Virus record (IMG/VR): IMGVR_UViG_3300045988_166613 | Span: 87,720-151,719 of that record | Strand: one strand, 5' to 3' | DNA length: 64,000 nucleotides | Source: a virus | Part shown: positions 26,432 through 37,145 of the stretch, in pieces | Layout: each line of letters begins with the position of its first letter | Position numbering within the stretch: position 1 is the first letter of the stretch | Translations under genes and position numbers: made by a program | Notes under the pieces: model-generated | The model's input: the letters and a program-made list of their open reading frames with translations, nothing else | What the model was told of the DNA's origin: nothing | Databases searched by the model: none

Positions 26432-28324
26432 ATGGTAGAAATGAAACAGCAATATGATGAATCAAATATAGAGATATTAGAAGGATTAGATCCGGTAAGA
26501 AAAAGACCAGGAATGTATATAGGTTCTACTGATACTAGAGGTTTACATCATTGTGTTTATGAAATTGTTGATAATAGTATTGATGAGGCTTTAACAGGGA
26601 ATTGTAGTTTAATATATGTATCAATTAATGAAGATAATTCAATAACAGTTAAAGATAATGGGAGAGGAATTCCATGTGGTATCCATCCTAAAAAGAATAA
26701 ATCAACATTAGAAGTAATACTTACGGTTCTACATGCTGGAGGTAAATTTAATGGTAAAGGATATAAGGTATCTGGTGGTTTACATGGTGTAGGTTCTTCA
26801 GTAGTTAATGCTTTATCTAAACACATGATAGCAACAGTACATAGAGACGGGAATATATATAGACAAGAATATAAATGTGGTAAACCTATAACAAGCGTTG
26901 ATATTATAGGTAATTGTGAAGATACAGGAACAGAAATTACTTTTTTACCTGATGATACAATATTTGAAACTACTATTTTTAACTATAATACTTTAATGAA
27001 TAGATTTAGAGAAAGTGCATTTTTAAATAAATCTATATCTATAACATTAGAAGATAAAAGAAAGGGTAGAGAACAATTAAAGGAATTCCATTTTGAAGGT
27101 GGTTTAAAAGAATTTATAGAATATGTGGATAGTGATAAAGAAGTTCTTCATGATGTAATATACATAGAAAAATTTAATAATAAGAATAATTTCGGTATAG
27201 AATGTGCTTTTCAATATATTAATGATTATGTTAAATCTATATATACCTACGCTAATAACATTAATACAATTGAAGGTGGTACACATTTAAGTGGTTTTAA
27301 AGAGGGATTTTTAAAAGCAATTAACACTATTGGTAAGGATATGGAGTTAATCAAAAAAGATTTTATAACAAGTGACATGGAAGAGGGATTGTCATTAGTT
27401 GTATCTGTAAAATTACAAGAACCCCAATTTGAAGGACAAACTAAAACCAAGTTAGGAAGTAGTTTTGCTAGAAGCTTAACTTCCGAAATGGTATCGGATT
27501 ATTTAGAAATATTCTTCAAAGAGAATGAAGAAACAACAAGGGTTATAGTAGAGAAATTATTACAAACTCAAAAATTTAGAGAGAATATGAAGAAAAATAA
27601 GGATTTAGAAAAGAAAAAACAATCTTTAAATAGAAATAAATTACCAGGTAAACTTGCTGATTGTTCATCAAAAGATCCAAAGAAATGTGAAATACATATA
27701 GTTGAAGGTGATTCTGCTGGTGGTTCTGCAAAACAAGGAAGGGATAGAAAATTCCAAGCTATATTATCTTCAAAGGGTAAAATAATAAACTGTGAAAAAA
27801 CAACATTAAATAGATTATTAGATTCAGAAGAAATTAAAGCATTTATTGCAGCAATAGGTACTGGAATAGGAGAAGATTTTGATATTAGTAAATTAAGATA
27901 TGAAAGAATACATTTACTACAAGATGCAGACAGTGACGGGGTGGGGCATATAAGAGTTTTATGGCTAACGTTTATATATAGACATATGAGAGAGTTAATA
28001 GAGCAAGGGCATGTTTATTTTGATGTTCCTCCTTTATACAAGAATGTAATAGGAAAAGAAATACACTATACTTATTCAGAAAATGAACAATTAAAGTTTT
28101 TAGATGAACATAAAAAAGTAGGGAATATTCAACGTTTTAAAGGGCTTGGAGAAATGAGTGCCGACCAATTATGGGAAACAACTCTAAATCCTGATACAAG
28201 AATATTACAACAGGTAACAATAGAAGATGCAATAGAATGTGATAAAATGATAAGTTTATTAATGGGACAAGAAGTAAAACCTAGAAAAGATTTTATTAAA
28301 AAGTTCTTACAGGAGGAAAAATAA
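26432..28324 (+). CDS. gyrB: type IIA topoisomerase subunit B (GyrB/ParE-like)
   Basis: GHKL ATPase 'EIVDNSIDE', '[14 protein letters not shown]', TOPRIM '[15 protein letters not shown]', 'DADSDG'. Confidence 0.9.
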   Translation: MVEMKQQYDESNIEILEGLDPVRKRPGMYIGSTDTRGLHHCVYEIVDNSIDEALTGNCSLIYVSINEDNSITVKDNGRGIPCGIHPKKNKSTLEVILTVLHAGGKFNGKGYKVSGGLHGVGSSVVNALSKHMIATVHRDGNIYRQEYKCGKPITSVDIIGNCEDTGTEITFLPDDTIFETTIFNYNTLMNRFRESAFLNKSISITLEDKRKGREQLKEFHFEGGLKEFIEYVDSDKEVLHDVIYIEKFNNKNNFGIECAFQYINDYVKSIYTYANNINTIEGGTHLSGFKEGFLKAINTIGKDMELIKKDFITSDMEEGLSLVVSVKLQEPQFEGQTKTKLGSSFARSLTSEMVSDYLEIFFKENEETTRVIVEKLLQTQKFRENMKKNKDLEKKKQSLNRNKLPGKLADCSSKDPKKCEIHIVEGDSAGGSAKQGRDRKFQAILSSKGKIINCEKTTLNRLLDSEEIKAFIAAIGTGIGEDFDISKLRYERIHLLQDADSDGVGHIRVLWLTFIYRHMRELIEQGHVYFDVPPLYKNVIGKEIHYTYSENEQLKFLDEHKKVGNIQRFKGLGEMSADQLWETTLNPDTRILQQVTIEDAIECDKMISLLMGQEVKPRKDFIKKFLQEEK

Positions 28325-28325
28325 T

Positions 28326-30632
28326 ATGAATAATAGAATAGAAGTAGTGAATTTAGCAGAAATAATGCCTAAAAATTATGTTGAATATGCAGTAGAGGTT
28401 ATTGTCAATAGAGCATTACCAGATGTTAGAGATGGTTTAAAACCAGTCCTAAGAAGAATTATATATGGTATGTATGAATTAAAGATGTTTCCAGAAACAC
28501 CATATAAAAAATGTGCCAGAATAGTTGGGGAAGTTTTAGGTAAGTATCATCCGCACGGTGATTCATCGGTTTATGAGGCATTGGTTAGAATGGCTCAAGA
28601 CTTTTCTTTAAGATACACATTAGTTGACGGACATGGTAACTTTGGGTCTGTTGATGGAGACTCAGCAGCGGCTATGAGGTACACAGAATCTAAAATGAAA
28701 GCAATAGCTTTAGAATTAATTAGAGATATTGATAAAAATACAGTTGATTTTATTCCTAACTTTGATGGTGAAGAAACAGAACCATCAGTTTTACCTTCTA
28801 AATTCCCCAATTTATTAGTCAATGGTGCAACTGGAATAGCTGTTGGTTTTGCTAGTAATATGCCACCACATAATTTATGTGAAGTCATAGATGCAATTAA
28901 ATATAGATTAAATAATAAGGAGTGCAGTTTAGAAGAAATAATGCAATTTATAAAAGCACCCGATTTTCCAACTGGAGGAATTATTGTTAATCCAAAAGAT
29001 ATGAAGAATATATATAAACAAGGTATAGGAAAGGTTATTATGCGTGGTAAACATCATGTGGAATATTTAAAAAATGATAAAAGCAAAGAAATAGAAGCTA
29101 TTGTTATTACAGAATTACCATATCAAGTCAATAAAGCCAAATTAATAGAAAAGATATATGAATTATCAAACGATCAAGAAAAGGTTGAAAAGGGTAAAAA
29201 AATAAAAATAAAAGCTAAAATACCTGAGATTACTGATATACGAGATGAATCTGATAGAGAAGGTATGAGAATAGTTATAGAATTAAAAAATAAAGGTACA
29301 TATAAAAGAGTATTACAATTATTATATAAAGAATCTAATCTACAGTGTAATTTTAATGTTAATAATGTTGCTTTGGTAAATGGATTACCTGAAGACAATC
29401 TATCATTAATAAAACTAATAGATTATTATATAGCTCATCAAAAGGATGTTATGATTAGAAAAACTCATTTTGATAAAGAGAAATTTTCAAGTAAGTTACA
29501 TATATTAGAGGGATTAACTATAGCTTTAGATAAAATGGATTTTACAATATCATTAATAAGGAAATCAAAAACAAAGGTTGAGGCAAAAGAATATTTAAAG
29601 CAAGAACTAAGTATAGATGATGTACAAGCTGATGCTATCTTACAAATGCAATTACAAAGGTTAACTAATCTTGAGAAAGATGGTATATATAAACAAGTAG
29701 AAAAATTGAATGATGATATAAAGTTTTTAAATTCAATATTAGAGAATGAAAATGTATTAATAGAAGAATTAATTAAAGACTTAAACGTGATAAAAGATAA
29801 ATTTGGTGATGAAAGAAGAACTCAATTAATTGAGGGAGAAGTTATAAATAATGATATGCTAATAGAACAATATAACACAATAATTCAGCTAACAGATGAA
29901 GGATATATAAAGAAATTAAGAGCAACATCAGTTAAAAGTACAAATAAAAATAGATTAAAAGATGGAGATTTTATAATTAAAGAAATAAAAGGAACAAATA
30001 AAGATACTATATTATTGTTCTCAGATAAGGGAAATGCGTATCAAATTAAAGCAAAAGATTTAAAAGAGTTGAAGCCAGGAGAATTGGGAGAATTAATCAG
30101 TAGTTATCATGATTTAGATAAAGATGAGCAGATCAAGTTTATAGTATCTACACAATTTAATAAAAATGAATATATGATAAGTGTTTTTGATAATAGCAAG
30201 ATAGCAAAAGTTGATATTCAAGCTTACAATATGACTACTAAAAAGTTTAAATATAATAACATAGGTTTAATGGATATTAAAAATATACAAGGGGATAAGG
30301 ATATTTTCTTATTAAGTTCTGAAGGTAAGGCGTTAATATGCAACACTGATAAAATAGGTGTTAAATCAAATAGAAATGTATTAGGTAATATAGGAATTAA
30401 ACTTAATGAAGGATTTAAAGTTGTAGCAGCCATTATTAATGTTACCAAAGATGATAGATTTACAATACATACAGAAAAAGGCAAAGAGATATTTATTATG
30501 TTAGATGATGTGTCTAGTAATGAATCTAAGAATTGGTTCAACCATCTACAAGGTCGTGCAGGAAACCAAGGAAGTTTTCTTTATAATACAAGATCCAAGA
30601 ATGATTTAATAACTAATGTAGAGGTGGATTAA
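28326..30632 (+). CDS. gyrA: type IIA topoisomerase subunit A (GyrA/ParC-like)
   Basis: '[12 protein letters not shown]', '[17 protein letters not shown]', active-site Tyr context 'AAMRYTE'. The C-terminal domain is divergent. Confidence 0.9.
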   Translation: MNNRIEVVNLAEIMPKNYVEYAVEVIVNRALPDVRDGLKPVLRRIIYGMYELKMFPETPYKKCARIVGEVLGKYHPHGDSSVYEALVRMAQDFSLRYTLVDGHGNFGSVDGDSAAAMRYTESKMKAIALELIRDIDKNTVDFIPNFDGEETEPSVLPSKFPNLLVNGATGIAVGFASNMPPHNLCEVIDAIKYRLNNKECSLEEIMQFIKAPDFPTGGIIVNPKDMKNIYKQGIGKVIMRGKHHVEYLKNDKSKEIEAIVITELPYQVNKAKLIEKIYELSNDQEKVEKGKKIKIKAKIPEITDIRDESDREGMRIVIELKNKGTYKRVLQLLYKESNLQCNFNVNNVALVNGLPEDNLSLIKLIDYYIAHQKDVMIRKTHFDKEKFSSKLHILEGLTIALDKMDFTISLIRKSKTKVEAKEYLKQELSIDDVQADAILQMQLQRLTNLEKDGIYKQVEKLNDDIKFLNSILENENVLIEELIKDLNVIKDKFGDERRTQLIEGEVINNDMLIEQYNTIIQLTDEGYIKKLRATSVKSTNKNRLKDGDFIIKEIKGTNKDTILLFSDKGNAYQIKAKDLKELKPGELGELISSYHDLDKDEQIKFIVSTQFNKNEYMISVFDNSKIAKVDIQAYNMTTKKFKYNNIGLMDIKNIQGDKDIFLLSSEGKALICNTDKIGVKSNRNVLGNIGIKLNEGFKVVAAIINVTKDDRFTIHTEKGKEIFIMLDDVSSNESKNWFNHLQGRAGNQGSFLYNTRSKNDLITNVEVD

Positions 30633-30633
30633 C

Positions 30634-30906
30634 ATGAGAAGATATTTAAGAGCTATAAGAAAGAGTATTAATTGTAATATAAAAAATTTCTTTGAGAATT
30701 TAGGAATAATATTAATGGTATTATCACTTCCTTTTCTGATAATAGATTTATTTTCTCCTAATATATTATTAATAATCATAGCATTATTATTAGCTATACC
30801 TGGTTTTATAATATTATTTATAATATTGACCATAGATTTAATAATCTCATTTAAGGTATGGCTTAGAGATTTTATAGATAGAGTTAAATCAAACTTAGAG
30901 GAGTAA
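30634..30906 (+). CDS. membrane protein
   Basis: Two long hydrophobic helices. Confidence 0.55.
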   Translation: MRRYLRAIRKSINCNIKNFFENLGIILMVLSLPFLIIDLFSPNILLIIIALLLAIPGFIILFIILTIDLIISFKVWLRDFIDRVKSNLEE

Positions 30907-31010
30907 GATATGAGAATGTTTATATTAATGTTATTAATAGTAATAGGATTAGAATGGTTATTTTACGAATGGTGGTTATGTTAAAACTGCAATTTTAAAG
31001 AAAATTAAAA

Positions 31011-31040
31011 GTTGAAATAAATTAAAGAATTAATTAAAAT
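31011..31040 (+). promoter_or_regulatory. AT-rich box whose own TTGAAA forms a promoter
   Basis: GTTGAAATAAATTAAAGAATTAATTAAAAT reads as TTGAAA-N17-TAAAAT. Confidence 0.5.
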
Positions 31041-31068
31041 GGTGGTCGAATTAACGTTTGACTACCAT
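31039..31068 (+). other. leader hairpin
   Basis: ATGGTGGTC/GACTACCAT: 9-bp stem (one G.U) with a 12-nt loop, just upstream of SD AAAGGA. Confidence 0.4.
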
Positions 31069-31086
31069 TAAGAAAGGATGATTTGA

Positions 31087-31518
31087 ATGAGATTTTTAAC
31101 AATATTTTTTATGTTGGTTTATGGGTGGAGATTACTAAATAAACAGCAAAATACTATTTCCTTATGGAATAAAAAATGTGCCAATAAAACAGGAGAAGAA
31201 ATAGACAATGAAATTAAAGCAGGTATCAAAACAAATAATAAAGATGTTTTATTATTATCTTTTATAGCGATCTGTTCAATCATAATAATGATTATTCAAA
31301 TATTTTATGTGTTATTTGCGTTTAAGTATTCAAATATGACTGTATGGATTATTTATGTAATAATTATGATAGTGAATAAGATAATAAATAGTATTAAAAA
31401 CAGGATAAATAAAAAGTCTTATTATAAAATATGGAAATATACAGCTAGAACTTTCTTAATACATAGTATAAATTTAGTTTTCTTTGTTTATATGTTCTTT
31501 ATATTATTTATATTTTAA
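31087..31518 (+). CDS. multi-pass membrane protein
   Basis: About four hydrophobic segments. Confidence 0.6.
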   Translation: MRFLTIFFMLVYGWRLLNKQQNTISLWNKKCANKTGEEIDNEIKAGIKTNNKDVLLLSFIAICSIIIMIIQIFYVLFAFKYSNMTVWIIYVIIMIVNKIINSIKNRINKKSYYKIWKYTARTFLIHSINLVFFVYMFFILFIF

Positions 31519-31535
31519 AATGAAAGGATGATTAT

Positions 31536-32051
31536 ATGGCTAAAAGTAGTACAGCTAATAGAGGTTTAAAATTTGAAGAGGAAATACAAAAGAGATGCGA
31601 TTATTTGAGAAAAGAGGGTATAGCTTTAATTTCTAAAGTTCCTACGGATTGGAAAGTATTGAGGAAATATAGTCCAGCAAAGAAGAGAACTGAGATATAT
31701 TCAGCATTTCCGACATCTACCTCACGCTTTATAGACTTTGTAGGGATTTTCAAGGGAAAAGCTATAGGTATAGAAGCTAAGGAAACTTTAAACAAGACAA
31801 GCTTTCCATTCAATAATATCAAAGATACACAAATAGAGTTTTTAAAAGAGTGGGTAGAATTAGGTGGTTTAGGATATTATATGGTTAGATTTAAAACAAA
31901 TGAGAAGGTGTTTTTAGTTCCTAGTAAAGTTATGCACGAATGTATGGACACTATAGGTAGGAAATCTGCTCCTTACCAATGGTTTATAGATAATGCAGAA
32001 ATACAAGAGGTAGATTACAAACTATTAGACTTTGAAAAAAAGTTAAAATAA
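31536..32051 (+). CDS. recU: Holliday-junction resolvase RecU
   Basis: 'NRGLKFEEEI...ALISKVPT' and 'IDFVGIFKGKAIGIEAKETLNKTSFPFNNIKDTQIEFL' match the RecU catalytic core D..G....EAKET. Confidence 0.85.
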   Translation: MAKSSTANRGLKFEEEIQKRCDYLRKEGIALISKVPTDWKVLRKYSPAKKRTEIYSAFPTSTSRFIDFVGIFKGKAIGIEAKETLNKTSFPFNNIKDTQIEFLKEWVELGGLGYYMVRFKTNEKVFLVPSKVMHECMDTIGRKSAPYQWFIDNAEIQEVDYKLLDFEKKLK

Positions 32052-32093
32052 ATTAAAGTTTTAGTTGACATGATATAAATATGGTACTATAAT
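32042..32093 (+). promoter_or_regulatory. AT-rich box + consensus sigmaA promoter
   Basis: GTTAAAATAAATTAAAGTTTTAG is fused to TTGACA-N17-TATAAT. The recU stop lies inside the box. Confidence 0.75.
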
Positions 32094-32110
32094 AATAAAT
32101 GTAGACAGAA

Positions 32111-32136
32111 GTTAAAATAAATTAAAGAATTAATTA
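32111..32136 (+). repeat. AT-rich box, second copy inside the leader
   Basis: GTTAAAATAAATTAAAGAATTAATTA starts 18 nt downstream of the preceding -10. Confidence 0.6.
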
Positions 32137-32158
32137 AAAAGAAAGAGGTTGAATACAT

Positions 32159-32356
32159 ATGATTAACATGGATATTTGGAATAAGTCTTACAACCAAGAT
32201 TGGTTAGAAATGAGAGAAGATCTAAAAGAAGATGAGGTAATATTATTAGTACCAACAAAAGTTAAATTTGATAAGAATGGAATAGTAATGAGCAATAGAA
32301 CAGGTAGTACACTTGATAATTATAAAAAAGAAATTGAAAAAGGAGGAGTACAATGA
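32159..32356 (+). CDS. hypothetical protein
   Basis: SD AAAGAGG upstream. Confidence 0.55.
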   Translation: MINMDIWNKSYNQDWLEMREDLKEDEVILLVPTKVKFDKNGIVMSNRTGSTLDNYKKEIEKGGVQ

Positions 32357-33198
32357 AAGATTATATTTACATGAATGAGAAAAGGGTATGTAACTATTTT
32401 GCCCAAATAGATAAAAGAGGTATGTTAAATAGCTCAAAAGAAACAATTTCAAATGAAAGCGATGAAACAAAAGGGAAGAAAGGAGAAATACAACTTAAAG
32501 CAAAAATAAAAGGTATTTTTGGAATAGAAGGAAAAGGAGAAATAACGAAAGAAAATAAGAATAAATTCAATTCCTGTTGTGAACAATTGTATGAACAAAA
32601 ATCTGTTAATATGTGTAATTTATTAGAGCAACATTTTAAAGAGAATATTGATAGTTTTAAAATAGGAGAAGTTTGCAAAATTAGTAATTGTGATATTTAT
32701 TTTATTGATTTTCAACAAATAACATATGATTATAGACATTTGTTTGACAATTTAAAATTGTTTCATAAAATGCAAGGTAAAATGAGCATAAATGAATTCA
32801 AAGAAATGGCTAAAATAAATAATTTGAACGTTACAAAACAACAATTAATTAGTTTTGCTAAATTCATAGAAGATACATATGGAGATAATATATATATGGT
32901 TATTGTTGCAAATGGAAAAAGATTTGTTGGTTTACTTGATAGATCTAATTTAATGGTTGGTAATATAGAATTTAAAAGAATCATCAAAGAGGGGCTTAGG
33001 GGAACTGTTCTTTTTAAGATATTACGTAAGCCAATAAATGATGGTAATAACAAAAAATATTATAAACCTAAAAAAGATGATGAGGGCATTTTGAATGATA
33101 TTGCTCAATTAAATGATACACTAAATGAATATAATAGTTTAATGTCTTTAGTAAAAGAAGGAGACATCTCTATATTACCGATGGCTATATATGTTTAA
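32353..33198 (+). CDS. hypothetical protein (281 aa)
   Basis: ATGA overlap with the previous gene. No recognisable motif. Confidence 0.65.
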   Translation: MKDYIYMNEKRVCNYFAQIDKRGMLNSSKETISNESDETKGKKGEIQLKAKIKGIFGIEGKGEITKENKNKFNSCCEQLYEQKSVNMCNLLEQHFKENIDSFKIGEVCKISNCDIYFIDFQQITYDYRHLFDNLKLFHKMQGKMSINEFKEMAKINNLNVTKQQLISFAKFIEDTYGDNIYMVIVANGKRFVGLLDRSNLMVGNIEFKRIIKEGLRGTVLFKILRKPINDGNNKKYYKPKKDDEGILNDIAQLNDTLNEYNSLMSLVKEGDISILPMAIYV

Positions 33199-33217
33199 AA
33201 CTTAACATTTAACCAAA

Positions 33218-33240
33218 TTTAAAATAAATTAAAGAATTAA
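33218..33240 (+). repeat. AT-rich intergenic box, stand-alone copy
   Basis: TTTAAAATAAATTAAAGAATTAA lies directly before SD AAGAGG. Confidence 0.6.
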
Positions 33241-33257
33241 AAGAGGTTGGTGAGATC

Positions 33258-33446
33258 GTGGAAATAAAAGGAATGTATATGATAGTAAATTCAGATGTAG
33301 AAGATTTCTACAGAGATTTAATAGAAAAGGTAAATATATTACAAGAAGACAAACAAGAAGTAGAGATACAATATCAAATAAATAATAACGAATTCTTTTC
33401 AGCTTTGGTTATGGGGAGACAAAAACATGATAAAGAAAATATTTAG
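33258..33446 (+). CDS. hypothetical protein
   Basis: GTG start follows AGAGGTTGG. Confidence 0.5.
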   Translation: MEIKGMYMIVNSDVEDFYRDLIEKVNILQEDKQEVEIQYQINNNEFFSALVMGRQKHDKENI

Positions 33447-33519
33447 CAATAGTAAATATGGATTAATAGAAACAGTAATTATAGGATTTACTTTAATAAT
33501 CTTAGGGTTAGTATTATAA
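33427..33519 (+). CDS. possible 30-aa membrane peptide
   Basis: 'MIKKIFSNSKYGLIETVIIGFTLIILGLVL' fills the gap before 33537. Confidence 0.25.
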   Translation: MIKKIFSNSKYGLIETVIIGFTLIILGLVL

Positions 33520-33536
33520 GAATGGAGAGATACATA

Positions 33537-34061
33537 ATGGAAAGAGCATTTATAGTAACAAAGAATAGCGACTATTATAAAGCATTAAATGATTATTTAA
33601 AACATGATGAAATTAATAGAAGTTTTATTAAACATTTCTTTGAAGAAGCGGGTATAGAATCTACACAATATTGTTTAGAGAAAGATGGTTTTAATCAATC
33701 AGATATTTATTTAGATATAATACCCACAAAAAATGATGAGGTTAAATTTGGTGAAATATTAAATAAACCCACTTCAGAAAGGTTAAGGTATTTTAAGAAA
33801 AGAAGTAAGTTTTTAAAGGATTTTCAACAAAAGTGTATGGATAATAAAATAAAAATTATTAATTATGAGCCTAATTTGAGAAATTATTTTCAATCTTTAG
33901 ATCTTTGTAGCTTTAGTTATTGTCATATACCTTGCGAAGAAGGTTATTATTTACAGCTTGAAAGTAAAGTATTGAAGGAAGATGATGTTCCTAAAGGTAT
34001 GATACCTATTAAGATGAGTGAATTTTATAAATATAAAGAAGAATATAAAGAGGGGAGATAA
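33537..34061 (+). CDS. hypothetical protein
   Basis: ATG at 33537 lies 7 nt after GGAGAG. Confidence 0.6.
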   Translation: MERAFIVTKNSDYYKALNDYLKHDEINRSFIKHFFEEAGIESTQYCLEKDGFNQSDIYLDIIPTKNDEVKFGEILNKPTSERLRYFKKRSKFLKDFQQKCMDNKIKIINYEPNLRNYFQSLDLCSFSYCHIPCEEGYYLQLESKVLKEDDVPKGMIPIKMSEFYKYKEEYKEGR

Positions 34062-34064
34062 ATA

Positions 34065-34472
34065 ATGGAAAATATTAAAAAAGACGAATGGTTATATGAA
34101 GAGTTTGGGATAAAAGTAGATAATAGATACCTATGTACACCAAAGATAGGTAAAACAATTTCAGGTAAAATATTAAATTTTAGCCCAAGTAATAACATAG
34201 TTATTAAAGCTGAAGATGGATTACATATATTACCTTATAAAGAAATACTGGAGTTAAAACCGTTGCCAATTGAAGAAGAAAGATTTAAAGTGGGAGATTA
34301 TTTCGAATTAAAACAAGAATGTATTGTCGGTGATTTAGTAGTTAATAATATTATAGCTACAACAATATTTTATAAAGGTATAAATGGAATTATATACCAT
34401 GTGGATAATGATTATATATACGTAAATGGCAATAAATATGGAAAGTTTAGAATAGAGAAAAGAAGATTATAG
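34065..34472 (+). CDS. hypothetical protein
   Basis: SD GAGGGGAG upstream. Confidence 0.6.
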   Translation: MENIKKDEWLYEEFGIKVDNRYLCTPKIGKTISGKILNFSPSNNIVIKAEDGLHILPYKEILELKPLPIEEERFKVGDYFELKQECIVGDLVVNNIIATTIFYKGINGIIYHVDNDYIYVNGNKYGKFRIEKRRL

Positions 34473-34486
34473 AAAGGATTGATATT

Positions 34487-34936
34487 ATGATTAAATATTT
34501 TATAAATAAATGGGATAAAAACAAAAATAAGTTAGAGGAATATATAAGAACACATAAACAAGAAGAATATGCTAATAGCTATGAAGATTTATTAAAACAG
34601 GTGATTGAAATAGTGTTAAATGAAGATAATAGAGTAGGTAGACCTTTTAACACAGATATTCAAACAATAGATTTCGGAGATTATCAAGGAACTCTTATAT
34701 TGACTTTTTCAACATGTGCGTATCAACCTAGCGAAGATGAAACATTTTATACTGTAGTAGATTATGGTTCTTGTAGTGGTTGCGACACTTTATTATCTAT
34801 CAGCTCATATGAAGAAGATAAGTTACCCGATGAAGATCAGATTAAAGACTATATGACTTTATGTTTACATATGATTCAAAAAATAAAATGTTTCGGAGAA
34901 GTAGATGAATGGGCATTGGAGAATTATTATAGTTAA
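34487..34936 (+). CDS. hypothetical protein
   Basis: SD GAAAGGA upstream. Contains 'YGSCSGCDTL'. Confidence 0.6.
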   Translation: MIKYFINKWDKNKNKLEEYIRTHKQEEYANSYEDLLKQVIEIVLNEDNRVGRPFNTDIQTIDFGDYQGTLILTFSTCAYQPSEDETFYTVVDYGSCSGCDTLLSISSYEEDKLPDEDQIKDYMTLCLHMIQKIKCFGEVDEWALENYYS

Positions 34937-34982
34937 AATTAACTTTTTATCAAAAATAGAAAAATGACAAGAGGGAGTTAAA

Positions 34983-35429
34983 ATGATATATATAAATGAG
35001 TTTATGGAAGAAACAATATATTTAAAAGATCTTAAATCTAAAACACCTACATATTTAAGAAAGTTCTTAGAATGTTATAAAGAATATAAAAGTTTATTAT
35101 CTGAAATAAATAAAAAGATACAAGCTATAGTTATCAGTAAAAGGGGATGTAAATTAAAAGATATAAAAGTAAGAGTAGAATATTTTGATTATCTATCATA
35201 CGGTTCTAGATTTACAACAACAGATGAACCATTATATATATCTAGAGAAGAACCACTTATTGATATATTCGAAGAAATAGATGATGATATGAAAAAGATA
35301 TATGCTAGAGCTATGTATGAAGAGATGAAGAATATAAGACAAGAGTATGTAGATATAATAAAAGATATGGAAAGCTTTATGAAGAGTGAGGAGCCGTTAT
35401 CTGAAAAAGTAAAGGAGATTATATTCTGA
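34983..35429 (+). CDS. hypothetical protein
   Basis: SD GAGGGAG upstream. Confidence 0.6.
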   Translation: MIYINEFMEETIYLKDLKSKTPTYLRKFLECYKEYKSLLSEINKKIQAIVISKRGCKLKDIKVRVEYFDYLSYGSRFTTTDEPLYISREEPLIDIFEEIDDDMKKIYARAMYEEMKNIRQEYVDIIKDMESFMKSEEPLSEKVKEIIF

Positions 35430-35749
35430 TGAAAAATATTGAAGATATAGAAAAGAAATTATATAGAATAGAAGAGTTAAAAAAGAAAATAGTTCGGTTG
35501 AAATCTGATGACTTTTATAATAAGAAAGAATATAGGGAAGGAGATAAAACATATAATGTAAAAGCAGATTTATTATTTATCACCAATAATAAATCGAGAG
35601 AAAAAGAAAGGTTATTATTTAACGATAAAGAAAATGAAGCCGAAAGAATATATATGGCATTAATAAAAGCAAGAAACAAGATAATAGATAAACAACTAAC
35701 AAATTATAATAATGAAATAAATAACATAAAGAAAGAATTAAATATGTGA
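35429..35749 (+). CDS. hypothetical coiled-coil protein
   Basis: TGATG overlap with the previous gene. Confidence 0.55.
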   Translation: MKNIEDIEKKLYRIEELKKKIVRLKSDDFYNKKEYREGDKTYNVKADLLFITNNKSREKERLLFNDKENEAERIYMALIKARNKIIDKQLTNYNNEINNIKKELNM

Positions 35750-35779
35750 ATCTATTTAGGATGATAGGAGATTTAAAAG

Positions 35780-36037
35780 ATGAATAATTTTAAAATCAAA
35801 CAAAGAATAAGAGAATTAATCAAAATAATTTACAACAAATATAGTTGTGTTGGTGGACAATTACATATTGTATTAGATGATGGAAATATAGAAAATGGTC
35901 ATATAGAATACTGTTTACAATGTATAGATAAAATCGAAAATCAAGAAGAAAGAAACATATATAAAGAATGTGCAGAATTATTATTAAAGCTATCATGTTC
36001 TGCTAGAAAAAGATTGTTGAAGGAGAGAATTGTTTAA
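35780..36037 (+). CDS. hypothetical protein
   Basis: SD TAGGAGA upstream. Contains 'GGQLHIVLDDGN'. Confidence 0.55.
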   Translation: MNNFKIKQRIRELIKIIYNKYSCVGGQLHIVLDDGNIENGHIEYCLQCIDKIENQEERNIYKECAELLLKLSCSARKRLLKERIV

Positions 36038-36285
36038 TGAGATTTAATGTAGTTTTAGATAAAGAGCAACTAGAAGAAATAGCAAGTATGACAGCAGATA
36101 AAGTATTGGCTACAGTTGAATATTGTAAGAATGAAAAAGAGATATATGAGAGGCAAATGGAGGATTATAAACTTGCAATTCAACAAAGAGATAGTATGTT
36201 AGTAAATAAAGACTTTATAATAGATAGATTAAAAAATAGAATTAAAGAGTTAAGAGAGGAGAATAAAAGATATGAAAGCAAATAA
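36037..36285 (+). CDS. hypothetical coiled-coil protein
   Basis: TAATG overlap with the previous gene. Confidence 0.55.
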   Translation: MRFNVVLDKEQLEEIASMTADKVLATVEYCKNEKEIYERQMEDYKLAIQQRDSMLVNKDFIIDRLKNRIKELREENKRYESK

Positions 36286-36568
36286 AAAAACTTTAATGGC
36301 AGTTAAAAATTATTTAAAAAATGAAGAAGGATATGATTTAGATGAAGTAATATCAGACATAGTTTCAGAAACAAATATGTTAAAAGCAAAAGAAATGGGA
36401 GATGCTACTTTAAGTTTAGATGAGTGTAGTATAAACTGGGGAGAAGATGAAGTTTGTGTACTTGAAGACTTTATAAACGATTATACTAATAAGTTTATAG
36501 ATAAGATTTGCAATGTATTAGATTCTTTTGTTGGTGAAGATATAGATTGGTATTTAGAGGAGGAATAG
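36272..36568 (+). CDS. hypothetical acidic protein
   Basis: Packed, overlapping open frame. Confidence 0.55.
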   Translation: MKANKKTLMAVKNYLKNEEGYDLDEVISDIVSETNMLKAKEMGDATLSLDECSINWGEDEVCVLEDFINDYTNKFIDKICNVLDSFVGEDIDWYLEEE

Positions 36569-36570
36569 TA

Positions 36571-36816
36571 ATGGAAAAGTTAAATAATCATAAACATTTA
36601 AAATTAGCAGATGAAATATGTACTGCATATACAAAAATGTGTAACAATCATTGTTGTGGTGAATGCAAATATGCTTTCTTACCAAATTGTAAAATATTGT
36701 TTACATTAGATTATTTAGATGATAAGGCAATAAAAGATTATGGATTAACTATGGCAGTTGGTTCAACTAAGCATAAGATAATAAAATGTGATGAATTTCA
36801 TTTTGATAATGTTTAG
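36571..36816 (+). CDS. hypothetical Cys-rich protein
   Basis: ATG at 36571 follows GAGGAGGA. Contains 'CNNHCCGECKYAFLPNC'. Confidence 0.55.
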   Translation: MEKLNNHKHLKLADEICTAYTKMCNNHCCGECKYAFLPNCKILFTLDYLDDKAIKDYGLTMAVGSTKHKIIKCDEFHFDNV

Positions 36817-36826
36817 GAGGTTTTAT

Positions 36827-37024
36827 ATGGTTAATAAATTAGGTGGAAGAATAATATTAGCAGCTTTAATATTTAATGGAATTATAGGAGGATTATCAGT
36901 AGATTACATAGCATCATGGTTTGGTAAGAATATACCCATGCTTTATGATATATTAATCGGATTAGTGTTTGCTGAATTCACTATACCAATAGCAATTTTA
37001 GGTTGGTTAATAAAATTATTCTAA
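36827..37024 (+). CDS. small membrane protein
   Basis: ATG at 36827 follows AGGAGG. Two hydrophobic helices. Confidence 0.55.
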   Translation: MVNKLGGRIILAALIFNGIIGGLSVDYIASWFGKNIPMLYDILIGLVFAEFTIPIAILGWLIKLF

Positions 37025-37099
37025 ACATAACACAACATATAGTGTTTATAATAATACATATATACAATATAATGTGATTTAATTTGCTTAAATCTAAGA

Positions 37100-37130
37100 T
37101 TTTAAATAAATTAAATAATTGATGAATACA
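37100..37130 (+). repeat. AT-rich intergenic box, stand-alone copy
   Basis: TTTTAAATAAATTAAATAATTGATGAATACA lies directly before SD AAGGAGAG. Confidence 0.6.
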
Positions 37131-37145
37131 AAGGAGAGATGAAAG

